Assembly (NCBI GenBank): GCA_035695715.1
Contig: DASRRM010000034.1
Location: forward strand, 9,470-33,469
DNA: 24,000 nucleotides
Origin: Tepidisphaeraceae bacterium
GTDB taxonomy: Bacteria; Planctomycetota; Phycisphaerae; Tepidisphaerales; Tepidisphaeraceae
Reading direction: 5' to 3'
Below the pieces are notes generated by a model. That model was not told the DNA's origin, made no database searches, and saw only the letters and a list, made by a program, of their open reading frames with translations. Of this stretch, positions 16,230 to 23,742 are shown piece after piece; positions within the stretch are counted from its first letter, which is position 1; each line of letters begins with the position of its first letter. A program made the position numbers and the translations under genes.

Positions 16230-16717
16230 GCCGATCGCCGATCAAGGTTGTTTACGATTGCGTTGTCTTTGTCCAAGGGGCGGGACGACGGAACAATGCC
16301 GCCCGAAAGTGCCTTGGTTTGGTCGATAATGGAACGGTACAGCTTTGCCTGAGCCCCGACGTCATTGCAGAAATTGAGGACGTGCTGAACCGGCCCGAAC
16401 TGCTGCTAAGATTTCCCCTGATCCAATCGAAAGATTCCCAATCGCTTCTTCTCGCCGCGCGAAGTAACGCAATGCTTTTGACCAATGTCCCGAAGGCCTT
16501 CCACCTTCCGCGCGATCCGGATGACGAACCGTACACTGATCTGGCGGTGGCCGCGCAAGCGACGTTCCTGGTGACCTGGAACGACCGCCACTTGACCTAC
16601 CTGATGAGGAAGGACACGCCAGAGGGTGTCGAATTCACGCGACAGTTTCCCAGTCTGCAAATCGTTAATCCACCGCAATTTCTTGAGAAGATTCGCGTAA
16701 TTCGAGGGATCGTATAA
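16226..16717 (+). CDS. PIN-domain toxin (putative toxin-antitoxin system toxin component, PIN_3/TIGR00305-like)
   Basis: Motifs: KVVYDCVVFVQG (N-terminal acidic residue), SPDVIAEIEDVLNRP, PRDPDDEPYTDLAVAAQATFLVTWNDRHL. It has a 4-nt overlap with the upstream RHH gene. Confidence 0.85.
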   Translation: MSRSPIKVVYDCVVFVQGAGRRNNAARKCLGLVDNGTVQLCLSPDVIAEIEDVLNRPELLLRFPLIQSKDSQSLLLAARSNAMLLTNVPKAFHLPRDPDDEPYTDLAVAAQATFLVTWNDRHLTYLMRKDTPEGVEFTRQFPSLQIVNPPQFLEKIRVIRGIV

Positions 16718-16792
16718 CGATTGAGACGTGATTTGTGAAAAATAATTCCGCAGGCAAATTGCGATTGAAAAAGAATCAAGGATGGAAGCGCC

Positions 16793-17389
16793 ATGAGATT
16801 TTATCCGCTCATAATTTTGGCTGGGTCGATGTTGTTCGCGGGGTGCGCCGCGCCGGAGCAAGCGCCGGCCGATTGGCGAACTAGTTCTCTGTCGGCATTT
16901 GGGCCACCCGCGCGCGTCGAAGAATGGAAAAGATTGGTTCCTGAATTGGATGCCGGTCTCGCCCCCGAGCGTCGAATTTTTGTGGGCATTCAAGCTGGAT
17001 CAGGCGGACCTGGTTTGAACGGTTGGGACGAGGTGACTGTCCGCGCAGTCAAGCTGCGGGTCGGCGACCTCGAATTCGATCCGGAGGGAATCAATGGGCA
17101 CAGCATTATCTCTTGGAACGGCGGCAGCATGGGTGGCGGAGCGAAGCTCATACCGCTGGTTGATGTTCCCGTCGCAGAAGCGCCCGGCGGACCAACTATG
17201 ATATGTTGTCTCGTCGATGTCGAGGCGTTGGAATTTGGCTCTGCCCATCCTGACAGCCCGGTCGTCATCGCCCGTTTTCAGAAGTGGGTGAGCACAACAT
17301 TCAATATGCCGCCTGGATTGGTTCCAAGAAACGTCCGCAAATCGCAAGCAAAGATTAACACGCGTCCTGCGACAAGAACCACGCCGTGA
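16793..17389 (+). CDS. Hypothetical lipoprotein (paralog 1)
   Basis: ATG at 16793. MRFYPLIILAGSMLFAGC carries an L-F-A-G-C lipobox. It is homologous to the next gene: EEWKRLVPELDAGL vs QHWQRTVVPTLQAGL; IPLVDVPVAEAPGGP vs IPLVKVPADQAPGGP; TTFNMPPGLVP vs TSVTLPPGLLP. Confidence 0.7.
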   Translation: MRFYPLIILAGSMLFAGCAAPEQAPADWRTSSLSAFGPPARVEEWKRLVPELDAGLAPERRIFVGIQAGSGGPGLNGWDEVTVRAVKLRVGDLEFDPEGINGHSIISWNGGSMGGGAKLIPLVDVPVAEAPGGPTMICCLVDVEALEFGSAHPDSPVVIARFQKWVSTTFNMPPGLVPRNVRKSQAKINTRPATRTTP

Positions 17390-17439
17390 ACCGCTCGCAA
17401 CTCACCGTGGGCAAAGTGTCGCGAATTCGAAAGGGCGAC

Positions 17440-18372
17440 ATGGCTTTCCTTCGTATATTGGCCATTATCGCGTATGGGTCTTTGGCTGGATGCATCGCGG
17501 CCAACGCGCAACCCCCAACACCCGGCCCCGACGAAGTGGTCGGCTCTCCGGAAGCGATTCAGCATTGGCAGCGAACCGTTGTCCCAACATTGCAGGCGGG
17601 GCTTCAGCCGGATCAGACGTTGGACGTGGGCCTCATGCCACGGCCCGCCGGCTTCGACCCGCGCCTGCCTCTGGAGGTGAAGGTCACTGCGACGCAAATC
17701 AGCGTGGGGAATGCCGAATATGACGTGCCGGAGTTTGGCGGCTGGTGGCTCAATGCCCCCAACCTCGGAGAAAAAAGCGGGAATATAGCCGGCTGCACAA
17801 TACCACTCGTAAAAGTGCCTGCGGATCAAGCGCCCGGCGGACCGATTAAAATATCGACTCGTACAAAAGTGCGAGTGAGGACGTCGAATGACCCGTCCAA
17901 ACCTATGAAGCTCGCCGCCCAGTTCTGGACCCAAACCACGACGAGCGTGACGCTCCCTCCTGGCCTTCTGCCTGTGCGTCTGATTCACGACAGACAGGCC
18001 GCCCTCATCATGCAGACGATTGTCTTCAGCCCATTTGAATGGCGAATTAGCGACCCCGATCCGCGCAATCGGGGATACACTCTCAGCTTCAACATCGATG
18101 CTTCACCCGCCCCGCAAAATCTCGCCTACGAGATACAACTTACGGCGGCGGGAAAAGCTCCCATCACGCTTTCATCGTTCGCATGCCGCAAGGGCGAAAA
18201 GATTCACGCCCACATCATCGCGCGCGTCGGCGAATTCATTGGCGGTACGTACACGTTGACATTCAGTCCCTCACCCGAGGTGGCCGCGAAAGCTGGTATC
18301 CCAGAGATTCTTGGCGACAAGCTCGTGGCGAAAACCGTGGTCGACGTTTTGAAAACCCAACCCGGCCCGTGA
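17440..18372 (+). CDS. Hypothetical lipoprotein (paralog 2) with an extra C-terminal ~120-aa domain
   Basis: ATG at 17440 gives MAFLRILAIIAYGSLAGC (lipobox LAGC). The ORF-track start at 17386 is a GTG overlapping the upstream stop (GTGA) and cannot be excluded. Confidence 0.7.
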   Translation: MAFLRILAIIAYGSLAGCIAANAQPPTPGPDEVVGSPEAIQHWQRTVVPTLQAGLQPDQTLDVGLMPRPAGFDPRLPLEVKVTATQISVGNAEYDVPEFGGWWLNAPNLGEKSGNIAGCTIPLVKVPADQAPGGPIKISTRTKVRVRTSNDPSKPMKLAAQFWTQTTTSVTLPPGLLPVRLIHDRQAALIMQTIVFSPFEWRISDPDPRNRGYTLSFNIDASPAPQNLAYEIQLTAAGKAPITLSSFACRKGEKIHAHIIARVGEFIGGTYTLTFSPSPEVAAKAGIPEILGDKLVAKTVVDVLKTQPGP

Positions 18373-18422
18373 ATTGTGCCCGCGGCGCGAGCCGGCATTA
18401 CCTCCCTGGCAACCGCAAAGCG

Positions 18423-18950
18423 TCACTCCTTCTCCACCACCGCCTTCTTCCGCGCCGGCAGCTTCAGCGAATCGGGGAGATTCGGGACCATGGTCTTTAC
18501 CACCTTGATGTCCATGTCGCCGTTCACAAACTTCCATGTCTTGCCGGCATCGGGGGAGATGCCGATGACGAAGGATTTTTGACGCAGCTTGCCGCCGCTG
18601 GGGACTTTGATTTTCATCTCGAAGGTAACCACGACGAACAGATCATCGCCCGCCTTGACCGAATCGGATGGCTCATCGACTTTGGAATCGATGAATTCGA
18701 ATCCCTGGGCCTTCAGCCGCTTCAGCGAATCTGTCATTTCGGCGATCGCCTTTTCCCTGCCGCCCATCGCTTCCACGACCTTGGGATAAGTCAGGTCGAG
18801 GATTTTTGCGACGTCGCTCTTGATCACTGCGTCATTGATCTCGAGCACTTTATCGCGAATGTTGCGCTTGAACGCCGCATCATCCGCCGCCAGGACGGCG
18901 TTTGAGGCGATCAGAAGAAGACATATCGACAGGGCGGCGCTGAATCTCAT
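18423..18950 (-). CDS. Hypothetical secreted protein
   Basis: ATG at 18950 is preceded by GGAG and gives MRFSAALSICLLLIASNAVLA (signal peptide). The remainder has a balanced K/D/E/V-rich composition typical of a small periplasmic alpha/beta protein. I recognise no family. Confidence 0.7.
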   Translation of the reverse strand: MRFSAALSICLLLIASNAVLAADDAAFKRNIRDKVLEINDAVIKSDVAKILDLTYPKVVEAMGGREKAIAEMTDSLKRLKAQGFEFIDSKVDEPSDSVKAGDDLFVVVTFEMKIKVPSGGKLRQKSFVIGISPDAGKTWKFVNGDMDIKVVKTMVPNLPDSLKLPARKKAVVEKE

Positions 18951-18964
18951 GACATGCTCCAGCG

Positions 18965-19195
18965 TCAAGCCGCCGGACTCTTGGTGCCGGGGCTTTTGGC
19001 TTTTTGCGCATCGCAATCGCGCCATCCGCGACGTGCGTTTTCCACATTGGGACCCTCAAGAGAGGAGATCGGAAGGCCGGCCTGCCGAGCGCGCCATCCG
19101 GAAGAATAGCCGGCCCCACGAGCGTCCCAGACTCGATTCAGCGCAGCGTCGTCCGTATCGGAGAGTGCGGGAGGTTGTTCAACATCATCTGCCAT
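18965..19195 (-). CDS. Possible small protein (76 aa), unknown
   Basis: ATG ORF MADDVEQPPALSDTDDAALNRVWDARG... It fits tightly between the stop at 19205 and the start at 18950 on the same strand. No recognisable motif; it could be non-coding. Confidence 0.25.
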   Translation of the reverse strand: MADDVEQPPALSDTDDAALNRVWDARGAGYSSGWRARQAGLPISSLEGPNVENARRGWRDCDAQKAKSPGTKSPAA

Positions 19196-19204
19196 ACCAG
19201 CATC

Positions 19205-19957
19205 CTAAGACTTCGACGCCCGTTCCAGCAAGTAAATTCTTAGTGTGTTGAGGCTGTACGATCCGTCTTTCAGGTCGAATACCGCATTTTCCAAATCGGA
19301 GCCATACATTTGCCATGCGGCACGGCCTTCTCGCGTTTCCATTAAATCGCTCACATGCGTCACGTGCCGAAAGGCGTCGGGCAGGAGCGATTTATTATAG
19401 CGGCTCAACTCAGATTCGTAACCAAATCGCGGCCAAGTGTAATACCCATTAAAAGCGTCGGGAAGGTGTCTCTCCATGCCATTTCCAGCCGCGTGCGTTT
19501 CCATCCGATCGAGTCCAAGGCGGCGCATACCAGCAACCTGCGACCTGAACATGTCAACGCCCCGACTTCTATCGGCCGGTGCCAGCCGGAAATAGTCGTT
19601 GTGACAAACCGGCTTCCCATCATTTCCAAGATGGATCGTTCGTGTCATCCGGCTTCGGCTATACTCGCGAGAACTCGGACCGTTCTGGTTCTTGGCGGTG
19701 TCGGCATTAATAATAATGCGGCTTTCGTCAAGCACCACGTCGACCTCTTCAAACATCGTTCCTGCGGGGATGGCCGCACTCACCAAATCCTCTGGGTTGC
19801 CTCGCAATCCGAATTTCCGCATCCGCCGTCTAACCGCATTCCGTATTTGGGCTTGGGTACCTTTGATCCAGTAATAATGAATCGCGCCTTCATGACGAAG
19901 TACTGGCGAAATAGTCTCTGGGTTATTGCTCTCCAAGGTGATATCTGCCTTTGTCAC
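19205..19957 (-). CDS. Hypothetical protein, possibly a divergent GNAT-fold (acetyltransferase-like) domain in the central part
   Basis: 250-aa ORF whose GTG start at 19957 overlaps the apt stop (GTGA). The segment FRLAPADRSRGVDMFRSQVAGMRRLGLDRMETHAAGNG...NGYYTWPRFGYE resembles GNAT motif A (R-x-x-G-x-G/A, then helix, strand, and a Y..GF strand). Spot GC is ~48-50% versus ~60% in core genes. The function call is weak. Confidence 0.6.
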   Translation of the reverse strand: MTKADITLESNNPETISPVLRHEGAIHYYWIKGTQAQIRNAVRRRMRKFGLRGNPEDLVSAAIPAGTMFEEVDVVLDESRIIINADTAKNQNGPSSREYSRSRMTRTIHLGNDGKPVCHNDYFRLAPADRSRGVDMFRSQVAGMRRLGLDRMETHAAGNGMERHLPDAFNGYYTWPRFGYESELSRYNKSLLPDAFRHVTHVSDLMETREGRAAWQMYGSDLENAVFDLKDGSYSLNTLRIYLLERASKS

Positions 19958-20484
19958 TCATACCGCAACACCGAATGCACCGCCGCCGGCGCGAGTTGAT
20001 CGCGGCCGCGCAATCCTGCCAGCTCGATCAGCACCGCAATTCCCGCCAATTCTCCGCCCAGGGTTTTCACCATGTCGCAGCAGGCTTTCATCGTGCCGCC
20101 GGTGGCCAGCAAATCATCCACCACCAGCACGCGCTGCCCCTTGATGATCGCGTCGGCGTGCATTTCCAGCGTGTCGGTGCCGTATTCCAGGGCATAGGTC
20201 TGGCTGATGCGTTTGTGCGGAAGTTTGCCGGGCTTGCGAACCAGGCCAAAGCCCGCCGACAGGGCGCAGGCGACGGCCGTCCCGAAGATAAATCCCCGGC
20301 TCTCTGCGCCGATGACCAGATCGATCTTCCTGCCGCGAAACGGGTTGGCCAGCAATTCGATCGACAACGCCAATCCCGAGGCGTCGGCCAGCAGGGGGGT
20401 AATATCGCGGAAAAGGATGCCGGGCTTGGGGAAGTCGGGAATGTCGCGAATGAGTTTACGGAGTTGGGCTTGCGAATCGGGCAT
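19954..20484 (-). CDS. apt: Adenine phosphoribosyltransferase
   Basis: ATG at 20484 gives MPDSQAQLRKLIRDIPDFPKPGILFRDITPLL. The PRPP loop is VLVVDDLLATGGT. ESRGFIFG and YALEYGTD are also present. The ORF-track start at 20517 is TTG and less likely. Confidence 0.92.
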   Translation of the reverse strand: MPDSQAQLRKLIRDIPDFPKPGILFRDITPLLADASGLALSIELLANPFRGRKIDLVIGAESRGFIFGTAVACALSAGFGLVRKPGKLPHKRISQTYALEYGTDTLEMHADAIIKGQRVLVVDDLLATGGTMKACCDMVKTLGGELAGIAVLIELAGLRGRDQLAPAAVHSVLRYE

Positions 20485-20620
20485 GCCGGGATTGTAGGGA
20501 ATAAGTGAAGCCTGCAAAGTGGCGAATGCAGATTCGCGGACAAAAAGGGGGAATGTTCCTGCTATCTCTCACCTATCTTCAGCGGAGGGGTTAGGGGGAG
20601 AGGCGGATTCGCGAAACGCG

Positions 20621-20703
20621 CACGCCGGTGTCTGAGGTACTCCGAAGACCCGGATCTTTCGCGCCAGGGTACGGGTCTTCGGAGTACCTCAGACACCGGC
20701 GTG
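20621..20703. repeat. Perfect 32-bp inverted repeat CACGCCGGTGTCTGAGGTACTCCGAAGACCCG (19-nt loop), REP-like
   Basis: Arms at 20621-20652 and 20672-20703 were verified base by base. It shares the core CTGAGGTAYTCCGAAG with 1341-1406. It lies between the sigma-factor terminator and apt. Confidence 0.9.
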
Positions 20704-20794
20704 AACGTCACTCTCCATCCCCTCGTCCCAACCCCGCAACCCGTCCCTGAGTGGCAGAGCAAGCATGAGCCGCCGGACACAAAAGTTACACCCG

Positions 20795-20841
20795 GCAAAA
20801 ATGAAAAGTGCGGAACTGAAATGTCTCCAGTTCCGCACTTT
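20795..20841 (-). terminator. Rho-independent terminator of the sigma-factor gene
   Basis: 14-bp perfect stem (20805-20818 / 20828-20841) with a 9-nt loop. On the minus strand the stem is followed by TTTTCATTTTTG. It lies 60 nt downstream of the stop at 20901. Confidence 0.75.
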
Positions 20842-20849
20842 GATTCCTC

Positions 20850-20905
20850 ACTCTTCACTCTTTATTCTTCACTCTGCATTCTTCACTCTGCACTCTTCAT
20901 TCACT
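20850..20905. repeat. Tandem 14-nt repeat (two perfect units attcttcactctgc at 20864-20891, flanked by degenerate units)
   Basis: Read directly from the sequence. On the minus strand (mRNA sense of the sigma gene) it is the purine-rich GCAGAGUGAAGAAU x2, starting at the stop codon and running into the 3' UTR. Confidence 0.8.
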
Positions 20906-21725
20906 CCATCCCCGCCATCATGGCTTCCTTCAATTTCGCCAGGGCTTCGTGCTCGATTTGGCGGACGCGCTCGCGGGTGAGGCCGATGCGGATGCCGATT
21001 TCCTTGAGGGTCATCGGCTCTTCGCCGCCGAGGCCGTAGCGAAGCTTGAGGATATTGGCGCTGCGCTCGTCGAAGGTTTCCAGAAGCTTGGCGAGCTGCT
21101 TTAGCTCATCATTGTCGGTCACCAGCACATCGGGCGGCGGATTGTGCGTGTCGGCAACCAGCTCGTTGATTGTCAACTCGCCATCATCGCTGCCGGACTG
21201 CGTCGGCGAGCTATATGCCTTGACAGCTTTGCGAATGATTTTCAGCTTCTTGGGCGACAGCTTCATGTGGGCCGACAATTCGTCAATCGTCGCCATCCGG
21301 CCCAGGCGGTCTTCCAATTCGCGCATGGCGTGCTTGAGCTTCGCCATCATTTCCACCATGTAGGCGGGAATGTGGATCGGCTGAACGCTGTTAATCAGCG
21401 CCCGCTTGATCGACTGCTTGATCCACCACGAGGCATAGGTGCTGAATCGGCAGCCGTTTTCGGGGTCAAACCCCTCAACCGCCCGAAGCAGGCCGATGTT
21501 GCCTTCTTCGATGAGATCCGGCAGCGTCAGTCCGCGGCCAACGTAATGCTTGGCGATATTGACGACCAGGCGGAGATTGGCGCGAACCATGTGCTCGCGG
21601 GCTTCGGGGTCGTTGTCCTGCAGGATTCGGCGCGAAAGCGCTTTTTCCTGGTCGGCGTTTAATAACGCCGTGCTATTGATCTGACTGAGATACAACTGCA
21701 AACCAGATTGGACGGCAGTGGCCAT
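20901..21725 (-). CDS. Sigma-70 family RNA polymerase sigma factor, RpoD-like (regions 1.2-4, no region 1.1)
   Basis: ATG at 21725. Motifs: [20 protein letters not shown] (region 1.2), [57 protein letters not shown] (region 2), [25 protein letters not shown] (region 4.2 HTH). Confidence 0.92.
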   Translation of the reverse strand: MATAVQSGLQLYLSQINSTALLNADQEKALSRRILQDNDPEAREHMVRANLRLVVNIAKHYVGRGLTLPDLIEEGNIGLLRAVEGFDPENGCRFSTYASWWIKQSIKRALINSVQPIHIPAYMVEMMAKLKHAMRELEDRLGRMATIDELSAHMKLSPKKLKIIRKAVKAYSSPTQSGSDDGELTINELVADTHNPPPDVLVTDNDELKQLAKLLETFDERSANILKLRYGLGGEEPMTLKEIGIRIGLTRERVRQIEHEALAKLKEAMMAGME

Positions 21726-22020
21726 AGAAGCTTCCCTTACGCGATAAAGCGGTCGAAATTCAAACGTGCGAGATACGGCAATCGCAGATTTGCCATTTCA
21801 AACCGCCCCCGCGCAGACTTTCAGACCTCGCCGATCGGTGGCGATTGAAAAACGCGAAGGCGACATTCGCCCGAGTGCAACTCACGGCGACCTACCGATT
21901 TGGTATCGGTTTCGTGACGGGGGGACTTTGGGACGGAAGTATTGTTACACGAGGTTGTGCCCTTCCTTCCCTTTCGTCAGAAAGGTCCGATAAGTATGGC
22001 GTATAAATCCGAAGGGTGCA

Positions 22021-22080
22021 AGAAAAATAAATTAATTTTCTAATTACGTAATATCATTAAATGAATATACTTAACGAAGA
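22021..22080. promoter_or_regulatory. AT-rich island (10 G/C in 60 nt) in the divergent sigma / acyltransferase intergenic region; possible promoter or UP-element zone
   Basis: Hand count gives 17% GC. It contains TTACGT (22044-22049), a 16-nt spacer and TATACT (22066-22071) on the plus strand, plus the palindrome TTACGTAA. Promoter consensus in this phylum is not established, so this call is weak. Confidence 0.3.
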
Positions 22081-22210
22081 TGTCATTTTGGCATCTTCGC
22101 TCAAAAACCGTGCCAGTTTCATTTCTGGCATCTATTTTTTCGTGGATCAGGCCGGTGCGATGAGGCGTTTTAATACCCGTGGCGCAACTGTTCGCAAGCC
22201 AACTTTCGCC

Positions 22211-22238
22211 TCGTTCGTCATTCGTCATTCGTCATTTC
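22211..22238. repeat. Heptamer tandem repeat (gtcattc gtcattc gtcattt)
   Basis: Units at 22217-22237, about 50 nt upstream of the ATG at 22285. It is the complement of the AATGAC-type repeat at 1462-1489. Confidence 0.7.
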
Positions 22239-22284
22239 AACCCCGTTGTCATTCTTCTCATCACCCGTTAGAAACCCCGTTCAC

Positions 22285-22956
22285 ATGAGTTCACGCGGCT
22301 ATCGGTTTGGAACAACATGCGGGCGGGTCGTCTTTGTGCAGACGGTGCGCTGCAAGGCGTTGCGCCCGGAAATGATGAATCGGTCGGGGCCGCTCATCCT
22401 TGCCTGTACCCACCTGAGCCATACCGATCCGTTTCTCCTGAGCATCTACATCAAGAGCCGGCCCATCGATTGGCTGGCGCGGATCGAGTTTTGGAAATTC
22501 CGGCTTGGCGGGTGGTTCATGGAATGGATGAACGCCATTCCCGTCCGCCGATTCGGCGTTTCCGCCAACGCCGTGCGCACCGCCATTAATCGCCTCAAGG
22601 CCGGAAGGGTGGTCGGCATCTGCCCTGAAGGCGGCGTGGCGCAAGGCTCGCGTTCGGTCATGCGCGGCGGCACCATGAAAAAAGGCGTCTGCCTGATCTC
22701 CTGCCGATCCGGCGTTCCGATTCTCCCCTGCGTCATGCTCGGCACCGACAAGCTCAACCGGGTTCCACCCTGGATCCCGCCGCTGCGCGCGAAATTGTGG
22801 ATCGGCTTTGGCTCGAAGCTGATCTATCCCCCGGCGAACATCACCAACCGCCGGGCCGTTCGCGATGCGATGGCCGAGGAATTGAGCCGGGAATATCAGG
22901 CCCTGTTTCGCGAAGTGAAGGAGCGCTTTGGGTTAACCGAAGCAGATGTCCCGTGA
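22285..22956 (+). CDS. 1-acyl-sn-glycerol-3-phosphate acyltransferase family (PlsC-like lysophospholipid acyltransferase)
   Basis: ATG at 22285; the ORF-track start at 22246 is TTG and lies inside a repeat. H(X)4D motif CTHLSHTDP, PEGG motif ICPEGGV, and VPILPCVM are present. Confidence 0.85.
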   Translation: MSSRGYRFGTTCGRVVFVQTVRCKALRPEMMNRSGPLILACTHLSHTDPFLLSIYIKSRPIDWLARIEFWKFRLGGWFMEWMNAIPVRRFGVSANAVRTAINRLKAGRVVGICPEGGVAQGSRSVMRGGTMKKGVCLISCRSGVPILPCVMLGTDKLNRVPPWIPPLRAKLWIGFGSKLIYPPANITNRRAVRDAMAEELSREYQALFREVKERFGLTEADVP

Positions 22957-22988
22957 CAAGCTTTGTCGGCACAAGTAACGTGTGAGCC

Positions 22989-23474
22989 ATGACCACGCCC
23001 GAAGTTCCCAGAGCCGGCCAACGCCGATTCGATTCGCCGCAGCAGGAAGCATTTCTCAACCTGTGGCGCACCTACGACCGGCTTCGGCAGATCGAGGACG
23101 AGCTATTTGGCCGCTTTGACCTCACGCCGCAGCAATACAATGCCCTTCGCCTTTTGCGCGCCGCCCGGCCGGAAAAGGTCGCGACGCTGAATGTGGCTTC
23201 GCGCCTGGTTTCCCGCGCCCCGGACATTACGCGCCTGCTCGATAAGCTGGCCGATCGCGGGCTGATCGACCGCGAGAGGCCGGAGAAAAATCGCCGGGTT
23301 GTCAATATTGGAATCACCGCGCAAGGCCTGGCGTTGCTGGACCAAATCGCCGACGAGGTGCGCGACTGCGCCCAGCGGCAACTGGGGCATCTGACGGCAG
23401 CGGAAGTTCGCAGCCTGATCGATCTTTTGCGAAAGGCGCGCCAGCCGCATGAGCCCGAGGGCGGGGAGTGGTGA
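22989..23474 (+). CDS. MarR family transcriptional regulator
   Basis: ATG at 22989, 32 nt after the acyltransferase stop. Winged-HTH pattern: LTPQQYNALRLLRAA...ATLNVASRLVSRAPDITRLLDKLADRGLIDRERPEKNRRVVNIGITAQG. Confidence 0.9.
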   Translation: MTTPEVPRAGQRRFDSPQQEAFLNLWRTYDRLRQIEDELFGRFDLTPQQYNALRLLRAARPEKVATLNVASRLVSRAPDITRLLDKLADRGLIDRERPEKNRRVVNIGITAQGLALLDQIADEVRDCAQRQLGHLTAAEVRSLIDLLRKARQPHEPEGGEW

Positions 23475-23494
23475 ATCAGTGATTTGCGCAAAAT

Positions 23495-23579
23495 GAGCCG
23501 CGCACGTAGTGCTCCCGAAGTAAGCGGTGTTCGGCAGACTGACTCCGCTTACTTCGGGAGTACCCTTCGTGCGCGGCTC
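23495..23579. repeat. Long imperfect hairpin (arms 23495-23527 / 23545-23579), REP-like; possible terminator after the MarR gene
   Basis: GAGCCGCGCACG + CTCCCGAAGTAAGCGG pair with CCGCTTACTTCGGGAG + CGTGCGCGGCTC around an internal bulge; the hairpin is followed by TTTCT. It shares CTTCGG(G)AGTACC with the 20621-20703 element. Confidence 0.7.
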
Positions 23580-23742
23580 TTTCTACGGCGGGAGTAATCC
23601 CCGTGCGTTGAACGGCAATTGCGTCGACGACGATTCACTTCCGGCCCGGTCAAAAATTTTATCGGACTTTCCAACAAGGGCTGATGCCCGAATCATCGGC
23701 TTGCCGATGAACAAGGCAGGCATTATTGGAAGGGCGGTTTCA

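Noticed and set aside
16406-17988. Minus-strand ORFs of 195 and 236 aa overlapping the PIN and lipoprotein genes
   Set aside because: They have an Arg-rich, shadow-frame composition. The plus-strand genes have lipoboxes, PIN motifs and paralog support.
15883-19957. Classical genomic island or integrative element
   Set aside because: No integrase, transposase, tRNA attachment site or flanking direct repeats were seen. Only composition and gene content suggest accessory status, so it is reported as a hypothesis and not as a mobile_element feature.
20850-20905. Possible CRISPR-like array, also considered for the heptamer arrays
   Set aside because: The units are 7-14 nt and directly adjacent, without spacers, and no cas genes are present. 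These are simple tandem repeats.
20562-21039. ORFs of 98 aa (minus strand) and 112 aa (plus strand) between apt and the sigma gene
   Set aside because: They are translations of the 32-bp palindrome, the terminator and the 14-nt tandem repeat (peptides such as SSLFTLYSSLCILHSALF).
22061-22288. 75-aa ORF starting in the AT-rich island
   Set aside because: It runs through the heptamer repeat (peptide SFVIRHSSF). There is no coding-like composition and no motif.
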